64,000 nucleotides of DNA from an uncultured Azospirillaceae bacterium. GTDB taxonomy: Bacteria > Pseudomonadota > Alphaproteobacteria > RF32 > CAG-239. Of the stretch, positions 51,337 to 61,087 are shown piece by piece. The number at the start of each line of letters is the position of its first letter. Within the stretch, counting starts at the first letter, position 1. The position numbers and the translations under genes were made by a program. The notes beneath the pieces are model-generated. The model saw nothing but the letters and a program-made list of their open reading frames with translations, was not told the origin of the DNA and searched no databases. The stretch lies in contig CAYPFN010000004.1 of the NCBI GenBank assembly GCA_964410325.1, positions 1,486 through 65,485 of the forward strand. Reading direction: 5' to 3'.

Positions 51337-51668
51337 TAAGAACGATGTTTATCACCCCAATCGCATAAATCAAATAAAATCGGAATTAAAGATTTTCCTT
51401 TTTCTGACAAACTATATTCAACTTTAGGAGGCATTTCCAGATAAACTTTTCGTAAAACCAGGCCGTCTTTTTCTAACTCTTTTAACGAGGTGCTTAACAT
51501 TTTAAATGATATCTTGCCGATTAAACGGTGCAGGGCATTGTGTCGCAAAATGCCGAATTCACCTAGCCAGTAAAGTATAATCATTTTATATTTGCCACCG
51601 ATGAGTGATAATGTGTAGCCAAATCCAGTGTCTTCAATTTTGATGTTTGGTTCGATACAGCGTTGCAT
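51336..51668 (-). CDS. HxlR-family winged-helix transcriptional regulator
   Basis: 110 aa. Recognition helix region SFKMLSTSLKELEKDGLVLRKVY..PPKVEYSLSEKG. Confidence 0.7.
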   Translation of the reverse strand: MQRCIEPNIKIEDTGFGYTLSLIGGKYKMIILYWLGEFGILRHNALHRLIGKISFKMLSTSLKELEKDGLVLRKVYLEMPPKVEYSLSEKGKSLIPILFDLCDWGDKHRS

Positions 51669-51745
51669 TTTAAGCTATCCTTAAGGTTAGTATTAAACGA
51701 AAAGGTAAGTATTGAATAAAAATATATTATAGGGATATATTTTTA

Positions 51746-52234
51746 TTGGCAATAGAATTTTTAAAAGGAAGAACCATGAATAGAAAACTTTTAACAATTA
51801 TCGCAGCGGTAATTTTTTGTTTGGGAAGCCAAGCAAAAGCTGCTGAAAATACAGTGAAAGGAGAAACAATGCAGGAAGTAAAAGTGAGTGATTACGAGGC
51901 GGTTAAAGAGGCCTTAGGTAAATATCTCGAGGCGGGCAGGCAAGGAAAAAGTGCTGTTTTGCGTCCGGCGGTTTATAAAGATGCCATAATGTACAGCGCT
52001 GCCGGCGGTAAAGTTGAAGGAGGCTCGATAAACGCTTTATTTGATTATTTAGATAACAATCCAGCAGCACCGGAAATTGAAGCAGAAATTACGGCTGTTG
52101 ATGTAGCCGGGAATATTGCTTATGTTAAGGTAGAATCAGATAAATGGCATGGCGCGCGTTATACAGACATGTTTTTGCTGGTTAAAGACGGTAGTGAATG
52201 GAAAATTTTAACCAAAGTATTCCATACGCATTAA
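51746..52234 (+). CDS. Secreted NTF2-like/SnoaL-like protein (lipoprotein-type signal)
   Basis: Signal peptide with C at FCLGS. The size and C-terminal pattern (W..L.KDGSEWKI) suggest an NTF2-like fold. Confidence 0.4.
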   Translation: MAIEFLKGRTMNRKLLTIIAAVIFCLGSQAKAAENTVKGETMQEVKVSDYEAVKEALGKYLEAGRQGKSAVLRPAVYKDAIMYSAAGGKVEGGSINALFDYLDNNPAAPEIEAEITAVDVAGNIAYVKVESDKWHGARYTDMFLLVKDGSEWKILTKVFHTH

Positions 52235-52444
52235 ATTATTTGAAAATTTTTAAACCCCGTTGCGCAAAACCAGCGGGGTTTCTTTTGTTTTTTACTTTAG
52301 GAAATGTCAAGCTTGGCTGGATATGCCACAGGCTACGTGCGGGGTGTCTATGAAGAGCATTGTTTGCAAAACAAGCCTTGAATAAATTTGGAACCTGTTT
52401 TATTATCTTAAAGACATATTTTATAAGATAAGGATTTTTAAACA

Positions 52445-52960
52445 ATGAATCTTGCTGAAAAAATCAGGGTTGTGCCAGATTTTCCGAAAAAAGGCATTAT
52501 GTATCAGGATATTACCACGCTGTTAAAAGATAAAGAGGCTTTTCGAGAAGCCGTTGATTTGTTTTATCAAAAGTTTAAAACTGAAAAAATTGATTATGTG
52601 GTAGCGGTGGAATCGCGCGGTTATTTGTTTGGCGCACCGCTGGCATATGCGCTTGGATGCGGGTTGGTGATTGTGCGTAAGGCAGGAAAACTCCCGGCAG
52701 AAGTAGAGCGAATCGAATACGACTTGGAATACGGCAAGGATGTTTTGGAAATTCACAAAGACGCAGTGGAACCAGGTAAAAGGATTTTAGTGATTGATGA
52801 TTTGCTGGCCACTGGAGGAACGGCAGCGGCTACTTGTCAGTTGATGGAAAGAATTGGTGGCCATGTTGTGGCAGCAGCTTTTTTAATTGAATTATCAGAA
52901 TTAAACGGACGAGGGAGATTTTCCCCAAAAACGGAAATTTTTTCCTTACTTGCTGTGTAA
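52445..52960 (+). CDS. apt: Adenine phosphoribosyltransferase
   Basis: 171 aa. PRPP-binding VIDDLLATGGTAAA. Confidence 0.85.
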   Translation: MNLAEKIRVVPDFPKKGIMYQDITTLLKDKEAFREAVDLFYQKFKTEKIDYVVAVESRGYLFGAPLAYALGCGLVIVRKAGKLPAEVERIEYDLEYGKDVLEIHKDAVEPGKRILVIDDLLATGGTAAATCQLMERIGGHVVAAAFLIELSELNGRGRFSPKTEIFSLLAV

Positions 52961-52965
52961 TTTAA

Positions 52966-53994
52966 TCAGCGATTCAGGCGTCGTGCCGCGCCACCGATTT
53001 GCATAAGTGTGTAACTTAAGATTTCTTCAGCCGGCAGGTTGGTGGTTTTACATTGGCGCTCGCAATCATACAATAATTGCAAGACATCCAGGACAGGGTG
53101 CCGTTTCCATATTTTTAATTGTTGGATTAAATCGGCTTTGCGGAAGAACATAACCGGCGGTCTCAAAGCGCTAATGGCGCTTTCTGCCGGTTGTCCCTTT
53201 TCCATGGAAGCAATGCAGAGTAATAATTTTTCGAAGTGATAAGTCAAACTGCGTACGAGAGAAACAGATTCCTCGCCAGCATGGATGAGCTCTTGGTACG
53301 CATCTAGGGCTTTAGCAATTTCCCCTTTAGCAATGAAATAACATAAATCTTCTTGTGAGGAACTTGATATGTCGCCGATGACGGTTTTAATATCATTGAT
53401 TTCTACATTGCGGCGGGTGCCGAGATAGGTTATAAGTTTATCCATTTCAGTTAAAGATGCTTTGCGATCATTGGATAAACGGCTGCATAACAACTGCATG
53501 GCGTCATTGGCAATGGTAATACCGTTTTTAACAAAATATTCCCGCGCGGCTGTATAAATATTTTCTTCCCGATCATCATAACAGCTTATCAAGGCAAAAT
53601 CTTCACGTTCTTTGGCTAAGGTAACCAAGGATGATTTGGTGTTTAAAGTTAATGAGCTGATAATCAGCAAAGTATCAGAAGTATTGTCTTTGAATAAGTT
53701 TTTTAAATGCGCCGTTAAGGTATTATTACCGTCTTTAATAATAACAACCCGCCTTCCTCCCATTAGTGAGCGGGCGTTATATTCGCCGAACAGCAAACCT
53801 ATGTCTTTTTCTAAAGTATCCATAGAAAGCCGAGCAACCTGAAAGGCATCGTTTAAATCGGGGCATATGGTTTGGGCAAATTGTTTGGTATAATCTGCAA
53901 TCATGCCTTCGTTGCTGCCGAAAATAACGATACATTTGATGTTAGCATCAGGGTGCTTAAAATATCTAGCAATATCTGCCGCCTTAAAATTCAT
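52966..53994 (-). CDS. holA: DNA polymerase III delta subunit
   Basis: 342 aa. The N-terminus and size fit HolA, and the neighbours lptE-leuS form the conserved leuS-lptE-holA cluster. Confidence 0.7.
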   Translation of the reverse strand: MNFKAADIARYFKHPDANIKCIVIFGSNEGMIADYTKQFAQTICPDLNDAFQVARLSMDTLEKDIGLLFGEYNARSLMGGRRVVIIKDGNNTLTAHLKNLFKDNTSDTLLIISSLTLNTKSSLVTLAKEREDFALISCYDDREENIYTAAREYFVKNGITIANDAMQLLCSRLSNDRKASLTEMDKLITYLGTRRNVEINDIKTVIGDISSSSQEDLCYFIAKGEIAKALDAYQELIHAGEESVSLVRSLTYHFEKLLLCIASMEKGQPAESAISALRPPVMFFRKADLIQQLKIWKRHPVLDVLQLLYDCERQCKTTNLPAEEILSYTLMQIGGAARRLNR

Positions 53995-54006
53995 TGATAA
54001 GCGCCT

Positions 54007-54573
54007 TTATAAATTGTTTGGATCGCCGCGTTTGGTAATGACTGAATGAAAGTAAGCGCCCATGCGCAAGGATATGTCGTTAGAGATAATATCCGCTGCA
54101 TTTTTTTCAATTTTTTTCTGGGCATATGTTGTAGAATAAGGATTGGCTAAAATATCATAACTGACATACGATATACTGTTTCCCCGCACCAACTGTTTGT
54201 TTGTTTCGGTATCGTACAGATAATAATTGACTTTATAACGGACGCGTTCACGGGTGGCGGTAATGTCATCACGCAAGGCCTGCTGAACAACTTGTCGGTT
54301 AATATCGCCGATAACCAATCGATAACGTGGTTTTGCTGGCACTCCCTTAGGAGTAAAGCTATCTAAAAGATTGTTGCGGAGCAACTGGCCAAAGCGGTCA
54401 GAAACGGGTTCAATTCTGATTTTTTCCATTTCATCCATAATGCTGGTGTCAAACTCACCTTTATAATACCAACCCTCATCTGGCTTGCGTTCGACATACA
54501 GTGGCTCAAAACCGCAACCGGATATCATGAATAAAGCGCAAAGCGCTGAATATATTTTTTTACGCTGTAACAA
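54007..54573 (-). CDS. lptE: LPS-assembly lipoprotein LptE
   Basis: 188 aa. Lipobox ISGCG. Located directly downstream of leuS. Confidence 0.65.
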   Translation of the reverse strand: MLQRKKIYSALCALFMISGCGFEPLYVERKPDEGWYYKGEFDTSIMDEMEKIRIEPVSDRFGQLLRNNLLDSFTPKGVPAKPRYRLVIGDINRQVVQQALRDDITATRERVRYKVNYYLYDTETNKQLVRGNSISYVSYDILANPYSTTYAQKKIEKNAADIISNDISLRMGAYFHSVITKRGDPNNL

Positions 54574-57034
54574 TGTTTACAATCCTATTTGGTACGATAA
54601 TGATTTTCTTAATTTCTTTTCCGGCAGTTTGGCGGGCAACATTATCCAGCTTTAAAGCCGCCGCTTTAACGGTTTCTTCCGGACTGTCTTTAGGCAGTTC
54701 AATGGTACCGCGCATTTTGCCGCAAATTTGTACGGCCAGCGTTACAACATTGTCTTGCGCCATTTTCGGATCGCCCTCAGGCCATTGTTCAGTTACAACT
54801 GAGGTTGTGTGTCCTAAACGCGTCCACATTTCTTCGGCCAAGTGCGGGGTGAACGGGCTTAATAATTTGATTAGTGTTTCATATAAAACTGACGGAATTT
54901 TTTCTAGGTCTGAAAGATGATTAACATAAGTCATTAAAGAAGAAACAGCGGTATTAAACTTCATCTGGTCAATGCGTTCGGTAACTTCTAAAATGCATTT
55001 ATGCATAATGCGCAAATCTTTTTCATTTGGTTCGATTTTGTAGACTTTTTTAAATAGGTTATAAATTTTACCGACAAAACGATACACACCCATTAAACTT
55101 TCTTCCGACCACATAGCTGTTTGGTCAAATGGACCGATGAACATTTCATATAAACGAAATGTGTCAGCGCCGTAATTATTGACAATATCATCAGGATTGA
55201 TGACATTGCCGCGTGATTTTGACATTTTTTCTCCGTTTTCAGCCAAAATCATGCCGTGTGAGGTACGTTTATTATAGGGTTCTTTGGTTGGGACATAACC
55301 ACAATCATATAAAAATTTGTGCCAGAAACGGGAATAAAGCAAGTGTAAAGTGGTATGTTCCATGCCGCCGTTATACCAGTCAACATTCATCCAGTAGTTT
55401 AGAGCCTCTTGCGAAGCAAATTCTTTATTATTATGCGGGTCGCAGTAACGTAAGAAATACCAAGACGAACCAGCCCAGTTTGGCATTACATCGGTTTCAC
55501 GGCGCGCCGGTTTGCCGCACTTCGGGCATGTGGTATTCACCCAATCGACAGCTTTAGCCAAAGGCGAATCGCCGTTATCATTAGGCAGATAATCTGAAAT
55601 TTCCGGCAAAGTTAAGGGCAGGTCTTCTTCATTTAACGGCTGCCAGCCGCAATGTTCACAATAAACCATCGGAATCGGTTCGCCCCAATAACGTTGGCGG
55701 GAAAATACCCAGTCGCGTAATTTAAAATTGATTTTTGGACGGCCAAAACCGTTTTTAACAGCATAATCTATGGCTTGACACATGCCGTCTTGTTTGTTTA
55801 AACCGTTTAAGAAACCGGAATTGATGTGCGGTCCATCTTCTTCAAAAGCTTTTTCTTCAATGTTGCCACCATCTAAAACTTGTACAATCGGCAGGTTAAA
55901 GGTTTTGGCAAAGTCGTAATCGCGTTGGTCGTGCGCTGGTACAGCCATGATTGCTCCTGTACCGTAGCTCATTAAAACATAATCGGAAATAAATACGGGA
56001 ATCATGTTGCCGTTATAGGGATTGCGAGCCTTGATACCTTTTAACTCAACGCCTGTTTTGGAATCATCAGCCGTGCGCTGTAGATCGGACTTTTTGGCAG
56101 TAGCTTCAACATATGTTTTGATTTCATCTTGGTTTTCAAACTGATTCATATATTTAGCAACAAATTCATGTTCAGGAGCTAAAACCATATATGTTATGCC
56201 AAACGCCGTATCGGGACGGGTGGTGAAAACAGTTAATTTGTCGTTGCCGAACTCAAAATCCAGCTCGGCGCCTTCCGAGCGGCCAATCCAATTAATTTGT
56301 TGAGCTTTGACGCGATCAATAAAATCAACATCTTTTAAGTCGTCAATCAAACGGTCGGCATATTTGGTAATAGCAATCATCCATTGTTCTTTGTTGTGGC
56401 GGACAACCTCAGCGCCGCAACGTTCGCAATGCCCGTTAACAACTTCTTCATTAGCCAGGCCTACTTTGCATGCCGGACACCAATTAATAGCCATTTTATC
56501 TTTATAAGCCATACCGTGTTTAAACAGCTGGATAAACATCCATTGCGTCCATTTATAATATTCCGGAGAAGAAGTATTGATACAGCGATCCCAATCGAAA
56601 CTGAAGCCGATAGATTTTAACTGGCGGGTAAAGTTTTTGATATTTTCTTGTGTGGAAACAGCCGGATGAATACCAGTTTTGATAGCATAGTTTTCTGCCG
56701 GAAGGCCGAAAGCGTCAAAACCCATCGGATATAGAACATTATAACCCTGCATGCGTTTTTTGCGGGCAATGACGTCAAGTGCCGTATAAGAACGTGGGTG
56801 ACCAACATGCAGGCCAGCGCCGGAAGGATAAGGAAATTCAACCAAAGCATAGAATTTTTCTTTTTTATGGTCGATGTCAACATGATAGATTTTTTCATCT
56901 TCCCAGATTTTTTGCCATTTTTGTTCAATAGTACGGAAATTGTATCTATCTTCCAATTCCCACTGTTTTTGCCATTCTTCAAATGTTTCAGCTCCGTTAT
57001 AGCGCGGGTTTGCTGTCATTTTCTTTTTCTCCAA
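54560..57034 (-). CDS. leuS: Leucyl-tRNA synthetase
   Basis: 824 aa. HVGH motif (LHVGHPRSY) and KMSKS. Confidence 0.95.
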   Translation of the reverse strand: MEKKKMTANPRYNGAETFEEWQKQWELEDRYNFRTIEQKWQKIWEDEKIYHVDIDHKKEKFYALVEFPYPSGAGLHVGHPRSYTALDVIARKKRMQGYNVLYPMGFDAFGLPAENYAIKTGIHPAVSTQENIKNFTRQLKSIGFSFDWDRCINTSSPEYYKWTQWMFIQLFKHGMAYKDKMAINWCPACKVGLANEEVVNGHCERCGAEVVRHNKEQWMIAITKYADRLIDDLKDVDFIDRVKAQQINWIGRSEGAELDFEFGNDKLTVFTTRPDTAFGITYMVLAPEHEFVAKYMNQFENQDEIKTYVEATAKKSDLQRTADDSKTGVELKGIKARNPYNGNMIPVFISDYVLMSYGTGAIMAVPAHDQRDYDFAKTFNLPIVQVLDGGNIEEKAFEEDGPHINSGFLNGLNKQDGMCQAIDYAVKNGFGRPKINFKLRDWVFSRQRYWGEPIPMVYCEHCGWQPLNEEDLPLTLPEISDYLPNDNGDSPLAKAVDWVNTTCPKCGKPARRETDVMPNWAGSSWYFLRYCDPHNNKEFASQEALNYWMNVDWYNGGMEHTTLHLLYSRFWHKFLYDCGYVPTKEPYNKRTSHGMILAENGEKMSKSRGNVINPDDIVNNYGADTFRLYEMFIGPFDQTAMWSEESLMGVYRFVGKIYNLFKKVYKIEPNEKDLRIMHKCILEVTERIDQMKFNTAVSSLMTYVNHLSDLEKIPSVLYETLIKLLSPFTPHLAEEMWTRLGHTTSVVTEQWPEGDPKMAQDNVVTLAVQICGKMRGTIELPKDSPEETVKAAALKLDNVARQTAGKEIKKIIIVPNRIVNIVTA

Positions 57035-57138
57035 AATTTTTACATTGCTTACAAAATACCTTAAAGGAATCTAAAAAACAAGCAGAAACTGTAATATAAT
57101 CCGTTTTTATAACAGGAAACAGGAAGAAAGAATTTTGC

Positions 57139-58482
57139 TTGCAAATTTTTATGAGATGCTTACAGTTAAATATAAGGAGAAAACAAAAGATGAAAGTTCG
57201 GCGGCAGTGTGTGGAAATTTTGACTCATGTTTTGGAAACAGGAGCTTTTATTAACACGTTGAAAGAACAAATCAGTGAAACTGAGCGGCCGTTTGGCAAT
57301 ATGCTTCTTTTGACAACTTTGCGACGTTTGGAAAATTTAAAACAGATTTTGCAAAAGTTTTTGCATAAAAAAATTCCGGCAAAGGATAAAGCGGTTTATT
57401 ATGTTTTGTTGTTGGGAGCGGCTGAAATTCTTTATCTTGCAACGCCTGATTATGCCGCTATTAATGAATATGTAAACATTGCCAAAAAAAAGGCTGGCAG
57501 ATTTCCTGCTGGTATGGTTAATGCGGTTTTGCGACAAATCGCCGCTCAAAAAGAGAATTTAAATACAGTGTTCAACAAAGGGGCTTTTCCGCTGGAATTT
57601 AAACGAATTTTGATAAAAGATTATAAGGTGGAAGAAATAAAAAAAATGGAAGAAATTTTACATTACGAACCACCTTTAGACATTATACCCAAACAAGATG
57701 CGGTCGGCTGGGCACAAAAATTGAACGCTGTTTTATTTTCTAACGGCACGTTGCGATTAGCTAAAGCGGATAAGGTTTCTGAATTGGAAGGTTATGCGCA
57801 AGGGCAATGGTGGGTGCAGGATTTGGCGGCATCTTTGCCGGTGCTACTTTTAGGTGACATCAAAAATAAAAAGGTGTTGGATTTGTGTGCTGCGCCTGGC
57901 GGAAAAACAGCGCAGCTTTTAGCGGCTGGCGCTGAGGTTACGGCTTTAGATATTGACGCAGAAAGAGTGGAAAAATTAAAGGAGAATATATGGCGTTTGC
58001 AATTGACTGCAAATTTGACAACGATCGTTTCTGACGCTGTTTTATTTTTGGAAAATTGCAGAGATTTTTTTGATGTTATTGTTATCGATGCGCCGTGTTC
58101 AGCAACTGGCACTTTCCGCCGGCATCCGGAAGTTCTGCATCATAAAACCATAGCTGATGTTGAAAAACAAAAAGCTTTGCAAAAAACTTTTCTGCAAAAG
58201 GCGGCTAATAAACTTAAAACCGGCGGTAAAATTTTGTATTGCACTTGTTCTATTGCCAAGAGTGAAGGCGAGCGCCAAGTAGAATCTTTTTTAAATAAAA
58301 ATCATGATTTTAGGTTATGTCCCGTAGATATGGAAAATTTGCAACGCTATGAGGGGATAAATCTTGATAAAAATATAATTGATAAGGGAGTTTTAAGAAC
58401 TTTGCCGTATTATATGAAAGATATCGGCGGGATGGATGCTTTCTTTGCGGCTTGTCTGCAGAAAAATGAGGGGGAAGTGTAA
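57139..58482 (+). CDS. rsmB: 16S rRNA m5C967 methyltransferase RsmB/Sun family
   Basis: N-terminal NusB-like domain, SAM motif DLCAAPGGKT, and catalytic DAPCSATG and TCS. The real start is probably the internal ATG near 57190. Confidence 0.8.
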   Translation: MQIFMRCLQLNIRRKQKMKVRRQCVEILTHVLETGAFINTLKEQISETERPFGNMLLLTTLRRLENLKQILQKFLHKKIPAKDKAVYYVLLLGAAEILYLATPDYAAINEYVNIAKKKAGRFPAGMVNAVLRQIAAQKENLNTVFNKGAFPLEFKRILIKDYKVEEIKKMEEILHYEPPLDIIPKQDAVGWAQKLNAVLFSNGTLRLAKADKVSELEGYAQGQWWVQDLAASLPVLLLGDIKNKKVLDLCAAPGGKTAQLLAAGAEVTALDIDAERVEKLKENIWRLQLTANLTTIVSDAVLFLENCRDFFDVIVIDAPCSATGTFRRHPEVLHHKTIADVEKQKALQKTFLQKAANKLKTGGKILYCTCSIAKSEGERQVESFLNKNHDFRLCPVDMENLQRYEGINLDKNIIDKGVLRTLPYYMKDIGGMDAFFAACLQKNEGEV

Positions 58483-59562
58483 ATGTCTTTAAATTTCATA
58501 TTTGGCGTTTTGTTAATATGTGTCGGGTTTGTTTGTTCTCGGGTGATTTTAAATTTTTTACGTATGGACGGTGGTGAAATCAGAGAATATACTTTTCTAA
58601 AAGATCCGTGGCTATATATCTTTTTTTTGACAGGCGTCGGCTTATTGGCGATTTTTTTTCTGATGCCGAATTTTAATGATGTTGTTGTTCCTTTAACAAT
58701 TACTCCGTTGGGGGTGTTGTTGGGGTTATCGCTACTTATTTATGTAGTTTTTTTATTAGAAGAGGATTGGCTGTTTTATTTAGTTTTGGCCGGCGCAAGT
58801 CTGGTTTTGGCTTTTATGATTCCCGATGAAGTATTACTTTTTGAGGGTTTAGTGCCTTTGTGGGTTGATAGGTTGATTGTTGCGGCTGCGGTATTTATAT
58901 TTACGAGTTTAGCTCAATGGTTGAATGGTTTGCCCAACATTTTTACCATTCAGTGCCTGACAATTACAATTGGTTTGTTTGTTATGGCTTTGGTTGGCGG
59001 TGTTTCGCAAATTTTAGGATTTGCCGGCGCTTGTTTGGCTGGAGTATGGTTGGGATTATTCAATTTAAATCAAATTTCTGGAACGGGTATACTGAATAAC
59101 GGCGCATGCGCAGCGGCGGCGTTTGTTTTTTCAGGCTTGTTGATTGATGGTGCTCTGGAGATGGCCGGACCGTCAATGGTGATTTTGATAATGTATGCGT
59201 TATCTGAGGGAATGTGGAGCATTGTCTGCCGGTATATTTTAGGAATAAAACGACTGGATTGGTCAGATAATACGACCTATATGTCTGTGGCCGATAAAGG
59301 AGCGTCAATAGACGCCATAAACACGGCTGTTATTAAAATAGGGCTGGTTAATGTCATGTTAGCCGGTTTCCAGCTTTTTGCCGTTAACGCCTTTTCAATT
59401 CCCTTGTTTGCTTTGGCTGTTAATTTGTGGCTCCTTAGCATGTTATATAATGCGGATAACAAAAAACAATCTTTGAGGGAAGTTAACCGAGATTTTGTCA
59501 GCAATATCAAAGAAGAGCTGAAAGAGATCCAACAATCATTCAGGAAAGGCAAAGGTCGGTAA
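58483..59562 (+). CDS. Polytopic membrane protein, hypothetical (359 aa)
   Basis: 8+ hydrophobic helices. Its start abuts the rsmB stop. Confidence 0.45.
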   Translation: MSLNFIFGVLLICVGFVCSRVILNFLRMDGGEIREYTFLKDPWLYIFFLTGVGLLAIFFLMPNFNDVVVPLTITPLGVLLGLSLLIYVVFLLEEDWLFYLVLAGASLVLAFMIPDEVLLFEGLVPLWVDRLIVAAAVFIFTSLAQWLNGLPNIFTIQCLTITIGLFVMALVGGVSQILGFAGACLAGVWLGLFNLNQISGTGILNNGACAAAAFVFSGLLIDGALEMAGPSMVILIMYALSEGMWSIVCRYILGIKRLDWSDNTTYMSVADKGASIDAINTAVIKIGLVNVMLAGFQLFAVNAFSIPLFALAVNLWLLSMLYNADNKKQSLREVNRDFVSNIKEELKEIQQSFRKGKGR

Positions 59563-60902
59563 TGTTTTTTACAGGACTTAAAAATTTATTTAATAGTTCT
59601 GCGTTGGAAGTTGCTGTTCCGGAAAAAAGGCGGATAAAGGTTGTTGTGGCTGCTTTTGCAGATGATTGTCCGGAAAATTCGGGAAAAATTTTAGCGCAGT
59701 ATCTGTCCGGATTAGATTTTTTGGCCGTAAAATATTATGAAAATCCGTTAGGAAGAGATTTTGTTAATCTTAACAGTCGGAATTTTTTTGATTTTATTGA
59801 TTTAGGAAGACAAATTATCAACGTAACGGAAGCGGATGTCCTTATATGGGGGAATCGGGAACAAGATAGAATTCGTTTGAATTTTCAAATCTTGCGTCAA
59901 TACGAGAAGCAAGATTTGCCGTTTTTTTCTTTGTTGAATAATTTGTATCTTCCGCTGTCGTATCTTCAGGAGAGAAATTTTCCAACATCTATGCAGTTTT
60001 TAATTGGAGGCGTTATTGTGGCGGTGGCTGATTTGAAAAACCACCGGGAACAAAAAGAGAAACTAGCAGAAATTTTGGATAAAATCGGCCGAGAGCACTC
60101 TCCCAGAGGATTAGAAGTTTTTTACATGCCGTATATTTTAAATATTTTGGCGCTGATTTATTTGTGCTCAAAAGCTGAAGAATTAAAATTGTCAGACGTG
60201 AAAATTGTTTCGGATTTATGGGCAAAAGCCTACAAAAGCCTGTCGGCAGGTAAAGATTTGCTTTTAAGCGGCAATATATATGCTGGTTTGGGGCAGCTGT
60301 ATCAATTGGCAGCGGAGAATCTGCAGCGGAATAAATATATTTTTTATAAAAACGCCGCCGAATGTTATCGATATGCGCAAAAATGTTTCAGTCGCCATTC
60401 CTATCCGTATGATTTTGGTATTTTATCTTATCTGCTTTCAAAAGTTTATTACGGATACTGGAAACAATCTTCAGATGTTCAGGCACTGCGTGATTCTGTA
60501 TTTCACCTTCGGGAAGCAGAAAAGTTTTTTTCAAAAGCTTCATTCCCTTATTTTTGGGCGGATATTCAGGGAGATTTAGGCTTATATCTATCGTTATTGG
60601 GCTTGTTTGGGCGCAATGATGAAATTTCTATGTTGGCTGTTGAAAATTATAAAAATCGCCAGAGAATTTATACGCGGGAACAATGGCCTTTGGAATGGGC
60701 AAAGGCTGAAGAAAGCATCGGTAATATTTTTTATAATTCAGGCAAAAGGTTTGATGACGAGGAGTATTTGGAAGAGGCTATAAAATATTATGCTGAAGCA
60801 GCGGATATATATGAAAATAACCGTTTGAGCACGGAATTAAAACAAACGCAGATTTGCATTGCCAAAGCAGATGAACATATTATGCAGCTTAACCGGAAAT
60901 AA
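59562..60902 (+). CDS. Hypothetical soluble protein with TPR-like repeats (446 aa)
   Basis: Its start overlaps the preceding stop by 1 nt (TAATG). The C-terminal half has repeated A/Y-rich helical pairs. Confidence 0.45.
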   Translation: MFFTGLKNLFNSSALEVAVPEKRRIKVVVAAFADDCPENSGKILAQYLSGLDFLAVKYYENPLGRDFVNLNSRNFFDFIDLGRQIINVTEADVLIWGNREQDRIRLNFQILRQYEKQDLPFFSLLNNLYLPLSYLQERNFPTSMQFLIGGVIVAVADLKNHREQKEKLAEILDKIGREHSPRGLEVFYMPYILNILALIYLCSKAEELKLSDVKIVSDLWAKAYKSLSAGKDLLLSGNIYAGLGQLYQLAAENLQRNKYIFYKNAAECYRYAQKCFSRHSYPYDFGILSYLLSKVYYGYWKQSSDVQALRDSVFHLREAEKFFSKASFPYFWADIQGDLGLYLSLLGLFGRNDEISMLAVENYKNRQRIYTREQWPLEWAKAEESIGNIFYNSGKRFDDEEYLEEAIKYYAEAADIYENNRLSTELKQTQICIAKADEHIMQLNRK

Positions 60903-60948
60903 TGCTTGCATAAAGTTTAATTTTATTTTATGAAATAAACCGATATTG

Positions 60949-61041
60949 GGAGAGATGGCAGAGCGGTTGAATGCGGTTGACTCGAAATCAATTGTACTCT
61001 TTAACGGGGTACCTAGGGTTCGAATCCCTATCTCTCCGCCA
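60949..61041 (+). tRNA. tRNA-Ser (anticodon CGA)
   Basis: GGAGAGATGGCAGAGCGGTTGAATGCGGTTGACTCGAAATCAATTG..long arm..TAGGGTTCGAATCCCTATCTCTCCGCCA. Closely parallels the E. coli tRNA-Ser(CGA) layout. Confidence 0.8.
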
Positions 61042-61047
61042 TTAAGC

Positions 61048-61076
61048 AAAACCCCGCACAAGGCGGGGTTTTGCTT
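61048..61076. terminator. Bidirectional hairpin terminator
   Basis: aaaaccccgcacaaggcggggttttg. Confidence 0.55.
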
Positions 61077-61087
61077 TGCGATTTAAG

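Noticed and set aside
57181-57300. Apparent 1-nt frame discrepancy in rsmB between my base-by-base reading and the ORF track
   Set aside because: The ORF track gives one continuous 447-aa frame with all RsmB motifs. The discrepancy is most likely my transcription error over two lines, not a real frameshift.
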